From the NCBI RefSeq assembly GCF_001194135.2, contig NC_068990.1, positions 9,804,140 through 9,866,844 on the forward strand: DNA of 62,705 bases, given 5' to 3'. The stretch comes from Octopus bimaculoides. Its lineage: Eukaryota. Of the stretch, positions 39,410 to 53,262 are shown piece by piece; within the stretch, counting starts at the first letter, position 1, and each line of letters starts with the position of its first letter. The position numbers and the translations under genes were made by a program. The notes under the pieces were generated by a model. It saw nothing but the letters and a program-made list of their open reading frames with translations, was not told where the DNA came from and ran no database searches.

Positions 39410-40768
39410 AGTTTCACGTTCCCATTGGTTGGACAGTTCTATAAATGCATCGATAGTGTTTGGAGGCAGGATGAATGCAAGTGCCATAAGGTACTTTACT
39501 TTCGTGTTAAAAATCACAATCTGTTTGATATCGCACCTTAAGCCCAATATCTGTCACCTTTCTGTAAACATTTTTACAGAACTGAAATAAAAAAAATAAA
39601 TAAAAAAACAGAAAACGCTCTGTTATATTTGCAAATGGAAAATTGACAGAAAAAGTTAGAAAACTAGTTTGTTCAAACTCAATCATTAGAACTGCAGGTC
39701 TTAGGGACTCTAGAAAATCATTAACCTTTTGAAAGAAAGCTATTGTATGTGACAAGAGCCTTATTCGGAAGAAGACCGTAATTTCGTGGGATACATGCAT
39801 GTCCTATGTTGACATGTAGACTATATAACTGATAATAAATTTGAGGACAAATCTTAAATGCTACATAATATGCCCAATTTTTATGTATTTCTTGATCTTG
39901 CAACCCTGCAGCCGCACCAAAAATCAACATTCTGTTTTCGTCTTCCACCCAACAATCGTTGAGTAAAAATCTTACTCCATTCCGTAGACACGTAAATTCT
40001 TCGGGAATTACATTGCTGATTCTTGCTCTGGGTATAGGAGAGAACTTTTCTTCCTTTTGTTTCCATCTTCTAATGCATCTTGACACACTTGAAGTTCATG
40101 GCATAAATGAGCGTCCTTTATCCCCTAATTCTACACCTGCGGTACCAATCAAAGATCTTGAAGCTAACTGAGATTTAAGTGCATTTTCTTTCATATTTGC
40201 TATTGCTTCCTGTATTTTTGGTTGATTATGATTCTATGGATGTGTATGCTAACTTAAAATTTTGCAAATAGAAATCGCTTCACTACTCAGTTCTGTATGA
40301 ACTCTCGCGTTACACTTTGTATCAACACACTTCCGATAGACCGTGACTCCATATTTTCTTTCTACCCTATAAATAAAGTTAGTGTCGTCTGCGAGCTTAT
40401 CACAACCTCTGCTGTTTTTAATAGAGTAACGCATAGTAGGAGTTTAAATTTCAACTTTTATAGAAAAATAATGTAAATAATGTAAATGTTTGAGGTAACC
40501 TCTCAAGACAAGCATTTTGCTTTTGAATTTTCAAGATAAGCTTGCTATTTTTAAGTAAATGTTAAACGGCCGTTCTGTTTATAAATTATCATTTCAACAA
40601 TTACTAAAAATGACTGCTGTAAATACTATTCTTTTATCTACCTTAGTTAATGAACCACGCAATTTCAAGCTTCTAAGTTTTACGGCTAAATGTCGAATTG
40701 TCTTACGGCCGATAGTCCTATGTTCAATTGTCCTACGGAGTTTATTTACGGCAAATTGTCCAGCCACC
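39410..40768 (-). mobile_element. Mutator-like (MULE) DNA transposon pseudogene: FLYWCH-type Zn finger plus MULE transposase domain, 5' terminus preserved, 3' truncated
   Basis: 40434-40249 SRGCDKLADDTNFIYRVERK...KCVDTKCNARVHT followed in frame by *HTHP (FLYWCH-like). 40086-39721 ...NGVRFLL...NRMLIFG...AFKICPQIYYQLYSLH...YGLLPNK. 39800-39507 LMIEFEQTSF...FCKNVYRKVTDIGLKVRYQ, then YLMALAF. In-frame stops and frameshifts; the DGTF catalytic motif reads YVAF. Motif-rich terminus at 40680-40768. Confidence 0.88.
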
Positions 40769-41267
40769 AGAGAAAAAGGGACCAGGAGCGAGAAAGATTG
40801 TGCCTTTCATACTTATTGGAATGGTAATATAAAACGATGTGAGCTGCAAAACCAAGTAATATATATATATTTTTTGGAGTTGTTACGATGATTTTTAATG
40901 ATTCGTATTATTTCCGTTGCCTTCTTTGCTTGAGGAAAGTAAAAATATCATATTTAAGATATCTGTCTCAATAATTACACATTTTTTTGTGACAATGAAT
41001 TCATAAATTATTTGAGTAGTTTCAGCTGCAAAATTAATTGCGCAGAGCTTGCATTTCATATTGTATAGCTGTTGTTTAACCTTCCCATTACTGGACTATC
41101 AGTTCAGTCACTTCGTTATTACTGAAATTCGGTTTATACATTAACAATTAAAAGAATGGAGAGCATAAACCCTCAAAGGGAATCTAATAGTAATTTCTCA
41201 AAACAAAATTTTACAAAATATATAGTATCTGTTAACAGTCTTAGCAAAAAGCTCACAGGAGAGTTTT

Positions 41268-41306
<39 letters not shown>

Positions 41307-42775
41307 NNNNNNNNNNNNNNNNNNNNNNNNNNNNNNNNNNNNNNNNNNNNNNNNNNNNNNNNNNNNNNNNNNNNNNNNNNNNNNNNNNNNNNNNNNNNNN
41401 NNNNNNNNNNNNNNNNNNNNNNNNNNNNNNNNNNNNNNNNNNNNNNNNNNNNNNNNNNNNNNNNNNNNNNNNNNNNNNNNNNNNNNNNNNNNNNNNNNNN
41501 NNNNNNNNNNNNNNNNNNNNNNNNNNNNNNNNNNNNNNNNNNNNNNNNNNNNNNNNNNNNNNNNNNNNNNNNNNNNNNNNNNNNNNNNNNNNNNNNNNNN
41601 NNNNNNNNNNNNNNNNNNNNNNNNNTATATACATCTACATTTCCTTAAAAAATGGAACTGCATCTATAACATGTTTATACATTTTTATTTTTATTTCTAC
41701 ATTCATTCTCCTATTTCCCTATATACTCCTTATTTGCTTCCTTTTCCAAAATAACTCCTCATACTGAACTCTAATATTTCCTTCTATTTTGCGATCTCAC
41801 ATCGACTCTCTTGAAGGAAAGTCCATCATATCCCAGAAGCAGCTGTAAGACTAACTTTCTCTTTATAAATATCCTGAAAATTCCACAGTCTTGGATTTGT
41901 TGTCTCATTTTATTTAACATATATAAAAAACATATATTTTATATATTATGAATTTAATCTTATTTGAAAAAAATACTATCATACATGTTTCTTGAACGAT
42001 TTATGTATTCGGTCTCTGTATCATTCAACTGGTGCATCGATAATCTATTTATCTCCATTACTTCCTCTCTCGAGTTCTGTTATCCCTGTTCCCTCCTCTC
42101 TCTCCCTTATGCACACTTATTTATTAATTTTAAATTGATCATTTCAAATTGCTGGTTTAAATATTTGAGAATTTACTTTCTAATATCGAATAGAAAGCTC
42201 CGTTGAATTTCATAAATAATTATCATATCAATAATTACGTTATTTATTCTTCAGATTAAATTAATGTATGTTCATTAAATTTACTGGTGATATATCTTTG
42301 TTATATATTTATGGATTTTTCAGCTAAATCATGCCCATTATATAATTAATCACGCATAAACAATTATGCACACGTACATACACACACGAATACACACATA
42401 GGTACATGCATACATGCACACATACATTCACAGCATACATACATAAATACACACGCACACATATGTATANNNNNNNNNNATATATATATATATGCGTGGA
42501 TGTACACAAACACACATGCACACACAAATATATACACGTGGTTATATACAGAGCGTAAACATATGAGGGTGAATGATTACAACTGAAGATTTAATAAGCA
42601 GCTGGCAAGAGGAAATATAATTAAATAGAAACTTGTATGAATATTGTACATAAATGCACTTACGCACACATTCATTTGCACACATACATATTTGAATTGG
42701 AACATATAAAGATATATCCATTCATATATAGACTCACGGATATAATTTTATATGTATATACACACATAAATGTAA

Positions 42776-42811
<36 letters not shown>

Positions 42812-42831
42812 AGGTACAAATTTACATACCC

Positions 42832-43170
42832 TAAGTTTTAATTAATTGGTGATTACATTTTAGAAAACATTCAAATATACATAGCGAGTATAAATACGTA
42901 TGTATATGTATATATACACATACAGGTATGTTGGTATGTATGTATGTATGTTGTATGTATATATATATATACATATATATATATACACACATATATATAT
43001 ATATATATATATANNNNNNNNNNNNNTAAGTTTTAATTAATTGGTGATTACATTTTAGAAAACATTCAAATATACATAGCGAGTATAAATACGTATGTAT
43101 ATGTATATATACACATACAGGTATGTTGGTATGTATGTATGTATGTTGTATGTATATATATATATACATA
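42832..43170. other. 144 bp direct duplication (42832-42975 and 43027-43170) across a 13-N gap; probable haplotype or assembly artefact
   Basis: Identical by eye at a 195 bp offset; the gap sits in a TA microsatellite. Confidence 0.8.
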
Positions 43171-43339
43171 CACACACACACATATACATATGCATTTAAC
43201 TAGTGGGGAATTATTTTCTGTCTCCATATTTCGTATGCAGTATGAAATTCAGAAATGTTATGCATATTATTATTAATCTATAAAAGTATTCAATAAAGTC
43301 TTCCGTAGAAATAAATGACACATCAGTTCAGCGAGAGAT

Positions 43340-43409
43340 CAGATAGATAGATAGATAAATATGTTGACAGATAGTTAGTTAGTTAGTTAGATAGATAGAT
43401 AGATAGATG

Positions 43410-43443
<34 letters not shown>

Positions 43444-43445
43444 CA
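43340..43445. repeat. (GATA)n with an embedded (TTAG)n block
   Basis: Direct reading. Confidence 0.9.
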
Positions 43446-43981
43446 GGCAAATAGGAAAGTACAGAATAAGTTGTAATTAGACCTAGAAAGCTAAACTATA
43501 CGAACAGCCATTAAAAGTTTGCACATTAAACATTTTGTATTACAAACTTACTTACGTAAAATGATACATAATAGCTATTTAAATAAAATTGACAATTGAA
43601 ATATTTAACTTTTTTAAAAAAAAAGCTAGCGAGTTTTTCCTACTTTTCCAGGTTTAAATCTTGCTTTTTCTGTACTTTTCCCTGTCGATCTCTTAAAACG
43701 TATTCTAGTACTCAGTGGCCACATTTTGTTTATTCTAGTCTCCATTTTTCCTTACTATTCTATTATTATAACTAATTATACTCCCCTTTATAACAGAAAA
43801 AGTGATAATATGTTTTATTTTTTTTTAGATACAGATTTTGCACCTAAAAATAACAAAGGATTAATTGCAGCATATCTGTTACAAACAAATACATTTATTT
43901 CACAAGTTTTGGTATAATAAAATTTTATTTTGTAATCAAACAATTAATAACAGATTTTTAATGAGTGGCTTATTTAATAAT

Positions 43982-44719
43982 AGAGGTCACAAAAGTGACA
44001 GCACCGCTTTTGCTAAACATGAGAGTTCAACTAAGACAAACCACAAACGCAGTCTTAACTTGACTGACAAAGGGAGGTAAGTCCCCAGCGTACATAGTCG
44101 GATCGCAATTTCGGATTTTGATGCAGACCTCAGCAGCGGCTCTTAACGTTTAAGGTTAAACTCAACTACCTCTGTCAGTCTTATAAGTAAGAATTAAAAA
44201 AAAAAAACATTGAAAATATATGTGGATTTCGAAAACGGTAAAAGTGTAAAAATAAATTACGCTTGGGACTTATCTGCGTTTGTCAGGCACTGAAGACTGT
44301 GCGTTTGTGGTTTTGAGTTAGTTTAACTCTTATGTTTATCAAAAGCTGTACCAGTCTGTCCCTTTGTCACGTTTGTGACCTCTAATAATTTTGCCTTTAG
44401 GTTCTAATTGCCAATAAACTACCGTTGCAAATTTGTAGTCTACACTTTTACCATTTAGGAAATCTGTACATATTTTCAATGGTTTTTCTTATACGACTGA
44501 CAGAGGTATTTGAGTTTAGCCCTAGGCGTTCAGAGTCGTTGATGAGGATTAAGATAATCTACATAAAAATCCGAAATCGCTATCCGAAATGTACGATGAG
44601 GACGTACCTTCCTTTGTGAGTCACATAAAACTGTGCATTTTGGGCTTTGAGTTAGTTTAACACTTATGTTTAGCAGAAAACGATGCCAGTCAGTACCGTC
44701 TGTTACTTTGGTAACCTCT
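43982..44719. mobile_element. Foldback/MITE-like element: ~270 bp inverted arms plus an internal third partial arm
   Basis: 43982-44248 aligns along its length to the reverse complement of 44441-44719. 44258-44383 is a further reverse-oriented copy of the first ~110 bp. Confidence 0.8.
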
Positions 44720-44864
44720 CTCGCCCTCTGTCTGTCTGTCTGTCTGTCTTCTGTCTCTCTCTCTCTATATAAATGTTTGAGTCTGTATATATGCACATAT
44801 ATATTTATATATATAAATAACTATATATATATATCCACACACACACACACACATACACACACAC

Positions 44865-44953
<89 letters not shown>

Positions 44954-46965
44954 TATGTGCATGTGTGTGTTCGCGCGTGCGTGTATCAAGCTACCAACTC
45001 ATAAACATGATGTGTTTTTCTATTTACAATCCTGCATAGTAGGTATATTGTTCTCAAGCATGCTGGCATGGCCATTTGTAATAAATTTGTTTTGAGATCT
45101 TAGGAGCTTCAAAGAAATGAAGTTTCTAAAGAACAAAGATATGGATAATATTTTGTACTCGGAATCTGATAAAAAATAATTCATACAAAGTTATCTTTGA
45201 AGTTCCATATCTTGTTTTCTATCAATAGTAGCATATCTGAGTAAAGTACCATTGAAAATGTAAGTGCAGTAAAGCAACATAGAAGCAATGATCTCGATAA
45301 TTGTTTTCTTTCTGATGCGTTTGAGATTTAATTTGAAGGCAATGAACTTTCTTGTGGATGGCCATATATGAAAATATCTTTTCTGTATTGCTCATTGTCG
45401 GTGCCTTACGGGAACAAAATCCGTTGCTCATAAGCATCTGTCGTACATCTATTTACTAAAATTATTGTAAATGGAAGATCTATCTCTCCCTATATATCGT
45501 CTGGAGCAAACTGTTCAGGCACAACATCGATTACACTCATTACCTCACAAAATTTGAACTCTGTCAAAGCGTAATTAAATAATTTAAAACAGAATGTTGT
45601 TTGTTTGGAAATAATGAATATATCTAGTATAGGATGCCTGGTTTTAATATGCTAGCAGAATATATTTTACAATAATTTGATGAATATCAATATTCTACAA
45701 TCTCGTTACTGCCAAATTTTGCGCATATTTTAAGGAAAGATTATCTAACTACATACAAAAAAAAAAAAAAGGAAAAAATGTGCCATTTTGAAATATAGTA
45801 GAAACCTTTTAAAATTAAGTGATTGTTGAATCCTTCAGTGCTCATATGAATATCCAATGATATATGTCTGTGGGAATAGTCAGAATGGACAGCATGTAAA
45901 GGAATTGTTTATAAAATGTTACAAACATGAAATTCAGTTCAGGCTAGATATTTAATGATGTTGTTGTGCACAAACCTAACAATATATGTGATTGCATGTT
46001 GCGTATATTAGACTATTAACGTATCATATATATTCACTGATATGTTAAAATATTGGTTGACATGTGTTTCACAGTTATTTTACAGTTTATGTTCAAATGT
46101 TATGTCAGAGAGTCTAAATGTGTGAATTATACATATACATATATATAAATATATATGTTTGTGTGTGTGTGTCTGTGTATGTGCGTTGTCAATTTAATAT
46201 CTACGCGGAGAACGCTGTTTATCTGTGCGATGTTAACTTGGAAGTTATGCATAAATTCCGATAATGTTGTGTTACGATGATTAGAATATATTTTATATTG
46301 AATATAAATTTGCCAGAACATATTTTTATATATTTGAATACAATACATAGTTGAGTGGACGCTCTAAATTGGTATTATTGCAAATATACTAAGGGATCAC
46401 ACGTTATCCATTTCTGCCATAAGTGCCAGACACGAAAGATAATTCTACTGTAAATAGAGTTTTGTGTGAAGGCTACACTTTGATAATTTCCGGTATCTTG
46501 AACTCAAGGTCTGAGATATTATCTCCTCGCAAACATCTTCCTTTTAAGACTCTCGTATCAATTAAAACGAAATGATAAATTATGATACTAAGCGATAAGA
46601 CAAATAAAAGGAGATACGGGATTTTGTGTTTCTATTGTAAGGTCCATTCAGAGATTTGACTGAGCGCTTTAATGGTGTATTCAAGTTGAGGGAAATTATA
46701 CTCACACTGAGCACTATGTACAGTGTTTGGTATAGTGGAAACAACTGCTGCTATTTTCGAATTTAGAAATACACGCACACGTAGAAGAAACACACAGACA
46801 CAGACACGGACACACGCACGTACACACATATATGCAATAGACTGGACAAACGAAAAATAGTGCAGTCAATGCATTTCGTAAGTATTAAAATATATTAAAA
46901 TTAAAATATATTAAGATCGTCAATGTGTTATTAAATACATGCGATGTGTGTGTGCATGTGTACTT

Positions 46966-47026
<61 letters not shown>

Positions 47027-47032
47027 CCTATG

Positions 47033-48116
47033 TATCAGGTCATTAAGAATGAAATGTCCGATTTTCAACTGAAAGTATATTTTAATTTATCGGAACAAAA
47101 AGCAATGAAGTTAATCAAGATACGTGCCAAAACTTGTAAGACGATTTTGCCATTTTATCTGTAGCTTATTTATGCCGGCAGCGGATAATTCTGCAGAGCA
47201 AGAGGTGATGAAATCACGGAAGGCTGTTTTTACATTTTCTCCGGATTAGAATTTTTTCCTTGCAAAGAGTTGACTAATGCCTGGAAAACGTGATAATCAG
47301 TTAGTGCAAAGTCTCGTGAATACGGTGGATGACAGAGTACTTCCACGTTCAGGTCCAGTAACTTGAATAGCTTTCTTTGTGCAACTTGTAGTCGAGCATT
47401 GTCTTGCAAGAGAATTGGTCTGTCACTAGTGGCAAATCTTGATTTTTAATTGCAAGTTCACTCATCATTTCATCCAACTGGTTGTTGTATACATCCGCTG
47501 TAATTGACTTACCAAGTCTCATGAAGCTGTAGTGGACGGCTATTGTTGAAAAGTATGCATTCTTCATCATACGAAAGACTACGATGCAAAATTTGTTCGC
47601 ATTAATGCTGTGACAGCAACAAAAGCAAGTTTTAATACGACGTATCATTTGATGCTCGTTCACTTCGTGTGGAACCCAGCTGTCCAGGTTCTTTACCTTG
47701 ACGATTCGTTTCAGACTGTCCAATAGAGTCGGAATCGAAATATCAAACAATGCTGCTAGTTTGAGATGTATCAGCGTCCACTAGATTTTCCGGCTCATCA
47801 TTATGCAACTTGGTCTCAGATGTACCAAGGGGCTGATTTTCAAATATGTAGTCACCAGACCGGGACTTCTCAAAACTTTGACGTACAGTGCGTTCAATCA
47901 CCAAGTCTTCACCACGCACCTCTTTAATATTTCGAGCTGTCTGGGATGCATGGTTCCACGACGGAACTCATATTCATAAACGGCACGAATTTTTTATGTC
48001 TTCATTGGTTCACAAAAATTGAATTACAACAGAAAACTCACAATAAAATTATATTCATTAACGATTGTCGGATCTGGTGCGTAAAAACTCAGCATTTTAT
48101 TTTTAAGGCCCTGAAA
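47033..48116 (-). mobile_element. Decayed, internally deleted mariner (Hsmar1/Mos1-like) with degenerate TIRs
   Basis: ORF 47349-47750 MFDISIPTLLDSLKRIVKVKNLDSWVPHEVNEHQM (WVPHEL motif) joins ...HYSFMRLGKSITADVYNNQLDEM with the intervening region missing. TIRs: TCAGGTCATTAAGAATGAAATG at 47035 and the reverse complement of CATTTTATTTTTAAGGCCCTGA ending at 48114. Confidence 0.88.
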
Positions 48117-48616
48117 TGTATTTACTATATATATATGTATATATACACACAAATATATACATATATATGTATATATAAGTATACATATACTTTTATACTT
48201 TAAGAAATCAATGCAAAAATTAAATACCGAACACCAAAGCACTGATTGCGTGTTATACTCAATTCACATACCTCCTACTCTCTGGACACCTACGTAAATC
48301 ACAACACAATTATACACCATAATATTATGTAATGAAAGAGAACAAAGCTAGAGTTAGATAATTACATATATTAGCCTGGACATATATCCATAAAAGATAA
48401 CAGTCATAAATTCATCATGATATATAATAGCAGTGACCATACTGTGAGACTTGACACTGGAAATTACCACTTCTGTGTGCGTTGTTCCTTACAGTGAACA
48501 CATCCCTAAGCTAATCAGCTAATGTGTTTATTATGCAGCTTCTGTAGTATTGCCATTTGCTAATATACATACATACATACATATAGAGATACATACACAC
48601 ACACACACACACGCAC

Positions 48617-48653
<37 letters not shown>

Positions 48654-48663
48654 NNNNNNNNNN

Positions 48664-48725
<62 letters not shown>

Positions 48726-49916
48726 CAAATACATATATATACGTATATATGTGTCTATAACAAGGAGAGAAAAACATATATACATATATATGTTTTTTCT
48801 CTCCTTGTTTCTTTCTGTATTCCTGTCTGTTCAAGAGCATAGGCTCGAAACGTTAAAGGCTTTCTCTATACCCGAGCGTTATATTAATACAGCCATTTGT
48901 TGTTAACACGAGGTGTCTTCGTCTGTTGTGTTTTCGTGAAGTCTCCCTATACATACACATGTGTATATATACATATACACGCACACATACAGACATACAC
49001 ACATATATATATGTATATATGATTTCATTAATTATAAAGAACTTCTGTTTGTAGGCGTATATTTTTAAGGCCGTATGTTAGTGCACTCTGATTTTGCAAT
49101 GGAATTTGCTGAAAATGTTCATGTTCATGTGACATTCACTTACCTACAATCTTCCCTATTGTCTAGGTTGAACACTGACTCCTAAAAATAGAGACATCAT
49201 TGACACTGAACGAAATCAATTTCATTACATTTATATGCAAGACCACTAAATTATACATAGATAGATGAGGCACACTACACTTTGAATATATGCTTAAGTG
49301 CATTTTTATAGATTTATGTTTGGCCTATCAGTAAGTCGGTTGACTTAGCGATAATACCATCGTGGATTCGATTGCTGGAGTGTGTCGTATGAGTATGTTG
49401 CATCTTTATCTAAGATAATTTGTTTCAACTTGCTCCTCTCGAGACAATTAGGAATGAGAACCATCTTACGATGGACCAATTCCGTCACAAGCATGCATAC
49501 ACACGCACACACACACACACACACACACATACACACACACATGTGCGCGTGTGGGTGTGTACAGCTGCGATTTAAGAACAGAAAATTATTTGGTGTTCTG
49601 CTGTATTTAGAAGAAAATAGTTCAGAACCTTGTTTTTGAATTTAATATAATTTCACTCAAAATTTTAGACCTGTCTAATAATAGGGAATACATATTTAAT
49701 GTTTAAAATATCTAAATGAAATGAACATATAATTGTAATAATCATATACAGAACGAACGTTAAGTCTCTTCGATTAGTTTCAATTTTGAAAGGAGTATCA
49801 TGAATTCCTATATTTGAAGGCCACCAACATCGAGGAAATAAAATTATTCACTTCAGTAAATGAGATCTCATAATGCTTACCAAAATTGATTCAAATAGAA
49901 ACAATACTAATAAAGC

Positions 49917-50123
49917 TTTCTATATTTGGCGCAAAGCCAGGAGTTTTAGTGGCAGGTGGTTAGTCAATTGCATCTACCTTAGTACATTACTGATTATCGG
50001 CCTGGAAATTATGAAGAGCAATGCTTTCCTCAGCGGCATCTGAAGTCAGAACGTTAAGATTTGAAAGAAATGCCGCTAAGCATTTAGACAGGAACGCTAA
50101 GAATTCTACCAGCTCACCATCTT
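49917..50123 (-). mobile_element. Family 1 SINE, old and decayed
   Basis: GCGGCATCTGAAGTCAGAACGTTAAG...GAAATGCCGCTAAGCATTT...ATTCTACCAGCTCACCATCTT. Confidence 0.75.
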
Positions 50124-52755
50124 AAACGAAATTAACATTAATCTTCCAAAATGTTGTTTTCCAACTGTAAATCAACATAAAAACATTTCACTAAAATGAA
50201 GACAAAAACTATCCAACAAAACATAATACAACCACATGATATTTGTTGCAACTACTTCAAACTATAAACATATTTCTTCCGACGCGTTATATTTCATCAG
50301 ACACCCATTTTTTCTACTTTCTCTTTTCTGTTTTCCAACACAGACACATGCTAGTAAATGCTTGAAGTGCTATTTAGCAAAAAGTACAAATTTCTCGAGA
50401 AGAATGCCTCATGCATACAAAATATCAAGAAAAAGCTGTGGACATCACGCAATTCTTTGAGAATAATTTATTTTATAATTAATTTTATTGGATGAACAGT
50501 TTACTTCACATGAACTTGTTTACGTTTTATGCCATAATGATTTAATCTATAGCATTTTTAACAACAGAAATACTGTGATATAAAAAGTGCACGCCTTGTG
50601 TTCAGTATATATACCATGTTTTCTTAGTATTACCTTGCGGATCATATTACGCATGCGAAATCGAAGGGTTCGGATGATGTTCAGTTGTACATGAATTATT
50701 TTTACCATATCTTCCAGGTATTTCTAAAAATAATATGTCGACATGAAATCTTGATTCATACCCCATCATACACACAAGACATCCCTAAAATAAATGCAAA
50801 AAGTTGCAATCCGATGCGGGTGTTATGTATAGGTACATTCCCAGTTTTATGCACAAAATTGAGATGTGAATTTATGTTGTTTACACCAATAAATCAGCGT
50901 TCATTATGTCTATAATAAATATGTAACTCCTCAGAATTTAATTATCTTCCAATTTTATTTAGAATTTCTGTTTGATTTATGTAATTTTCAAATCATTTAC
51001 TTAAATTAATTTTCAAGTTTGTTTACAGATATTAATACATTTTTGCCGTAATCTTTTCATTAAATTGGATAGTTTTGTTTCGATGAAGTTCAATATGAAG
51101 TTGCGCATGTGGTGATAGAAAAATATTTTTATTGCATGCGAATTCACTGTGATATTCACAATATCATGCAGAACATACATTTACACTGTTTATACGTAAA
51201 CATATCTGTCAAATCAATATACATAACTTTCTTAATGATTTTTAAATTTCATAGCTTAAACTAGAATTAAGATATGCGTATATACCTTTATTAATTATCT
51301 TTATCTCTTCTAGTTCAAAAGCGTAAAATAGAAATAATAAACTTATTTAATTTCCAGAGCTAAATCAATAATCTTTAGAGAGAACTTATATTTACATCAA
51401 TAAATTATTTTAGTCATCCATAATTTATTTCATTATAGGAATTTTCAGAATTAATATCATGTTTCACAACTGAACGTATGGCTTCTTACATCGCCACTCA
51501 AATTAAGACCGTCCATTTCTATATGTGTACACAACTTATAAACAATATTTATTTTCTTTACTTAGTTTACATTTAAATCCTCGACAAATCAAACACAACA
51601 ATCTATTACGAGAAAAATAAGTCGTAAAATTGTGTTTTCAAAACAACTCTTCGAAAGGAAATGTAGTGGATATTTCTAGCATTGAGAGTGAATGAGTAAC
51701 GGTAGAATTAATTACGATAAACACTTAAACTATACCCCTAAACTATAAACTGCACCACACACACACTTCCTCGAATGGAAATGATATGACGCTGATATCC
51801 TCTCAACATTTTAGAGATATTTGTAGACTAATCCCAGACTGGCACCGAACATCAAAATGTGCAGCTCGTAAAAACTAAATTAAAGAAGGAGTTATAAATT
51901 CCGTTACCTGCTTTCCAATTAGGTATGTTACTGAAATGTTCAGCAAAATACTGACCATGCTTAAAATATATACTTAAAACTGCATTGAAACACCAACATT
52001 GTATTAGTAATAATGTGTACCGCATTCAATGCAAATACAACACAGTGATTCTTGAGATTCGTAAGATTTTATGTCTGGTTGGATTCAGAATTAAATACTT
52101 CCTAAAGATACTACAGTTAAATACAAAAACAAACATAATATATATATCGCAAACTAGCAATTTACACATCGTTTACATAAAGAAACAATAAAAAAAAGTA
52201 AGGTATAAACAAAATTACACTGATTTCTAAGAAGTTTGCTATCTTCACATTCATCAGTACTACTTGCAAAAGAATCTCTTATCAATTACAGAAATCTACA
52301 ATAAATCAAATACAAACTAACATTGCCTAAGCATATTAGATGGCAGAATCTCACTTGATATACATGGAAAGATCAAACATCTACTAACAATGAAAATACA
52401 AGAACTTGATTAAGCACTTATATTTTACTGATTCACACACCGGCAAAGTGACAGGCGCAGTTCCTGCGCTATTCCGAAGCAAATTCCACAGTGTGCCTCT
52501 TCCGGTGTTGTTAACTCTACCTCTCATAAACAACAGATGTAATGAAGGGGAAAACAGTCGCTAGAAATAACAAGGATACTCACAGAAGACTCTTATACAA
52601 TATCAACATGGAAAAGAACTTTGCATAATGTAATCACGCGAAACCAACTCCCCCAACGCGCGTATACACACACACATACACACACACACACGCAACCACA
52701 CACACACACAACACACACACACACATAGGCACACAGACACACAGGTACACATTAT

Positions 52756-52855
52756 ATGGCTGTATGCAAAGTAGTTTGCTTCTCAGCTACATAACTTTGG
52801 GTTCAGTCACTTTGTGTGGCACCTTGTGTCTCCACAATATCTTCGAGCCTAATGT
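52756..52855 (+). mobile_element. tRNA-headed SINE remnant (family 3)
   Basis: ATGGCTGTATGCAAAGTAGTTTGCTTCTCAGCTACATAACTTTGGGTTCAGTCACTTTGTGTGGCACCTTG has A-box/B-box-like spacing (GGGTTCAGTC). Family identity is recalled. Confidence 0.55.
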
Positions 52856-53262
52856 AGCAAACTAAACAGCAAGAATGTCGTTGGAGTCTAAATCCATTTT
52901 CTGCAGGTACTTGATAACACCATAATGCCAAGAGAATTCGCTATTAGTAAACATTAAAGAGTTATTTGAAGAGTCGGATATAAGTTTACCTACAAAGAAA
53001 TAATGCAGTAAATTAAAAAGATAAGACGAAATTAAGACATGCAAAATGTTATAACTCTAGCATCATTCCTCCTCTCTAATCGGCCTATGAACATTACAGC
53101 CCGCCCTCGTACCAACTGTCTCTTATTAATTATTAAAATCTTCATTAAGTGTACATACGCACTAACTTAGCTTTCTTTCTGATGTGGAAAACTTAATGGT
53201 ATGCTAATAATTTTAATTGCGAAAAAAAAAAGAAAATTACATCAAATGTATGATATATTACG

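Noticed and set aside
45030-45570. Minus-strand stretches with protein-like composition interrupted by stops
   Set aside because: No motif recognised in any frame; cannot be called a pseudogene.
46642-46766. Acceptor followed by the frame GPFRDLTERFNGVFKLREIILTLSTMYSVWYSGNNCCYFRI*
   Set aside because: No recognisable homology, no convincing donor and no partner exons.
7496-48906. Long track ORFs such as 7496-7939, 20047-20725, 26716-27799, 33811-34233, 41156-41767 and 48511-48906
   Set aside because: Their length comes from N-gaps read as X and from TA/CA/GA microsatellites (YIYI, THTH, RERE); they are not genes.
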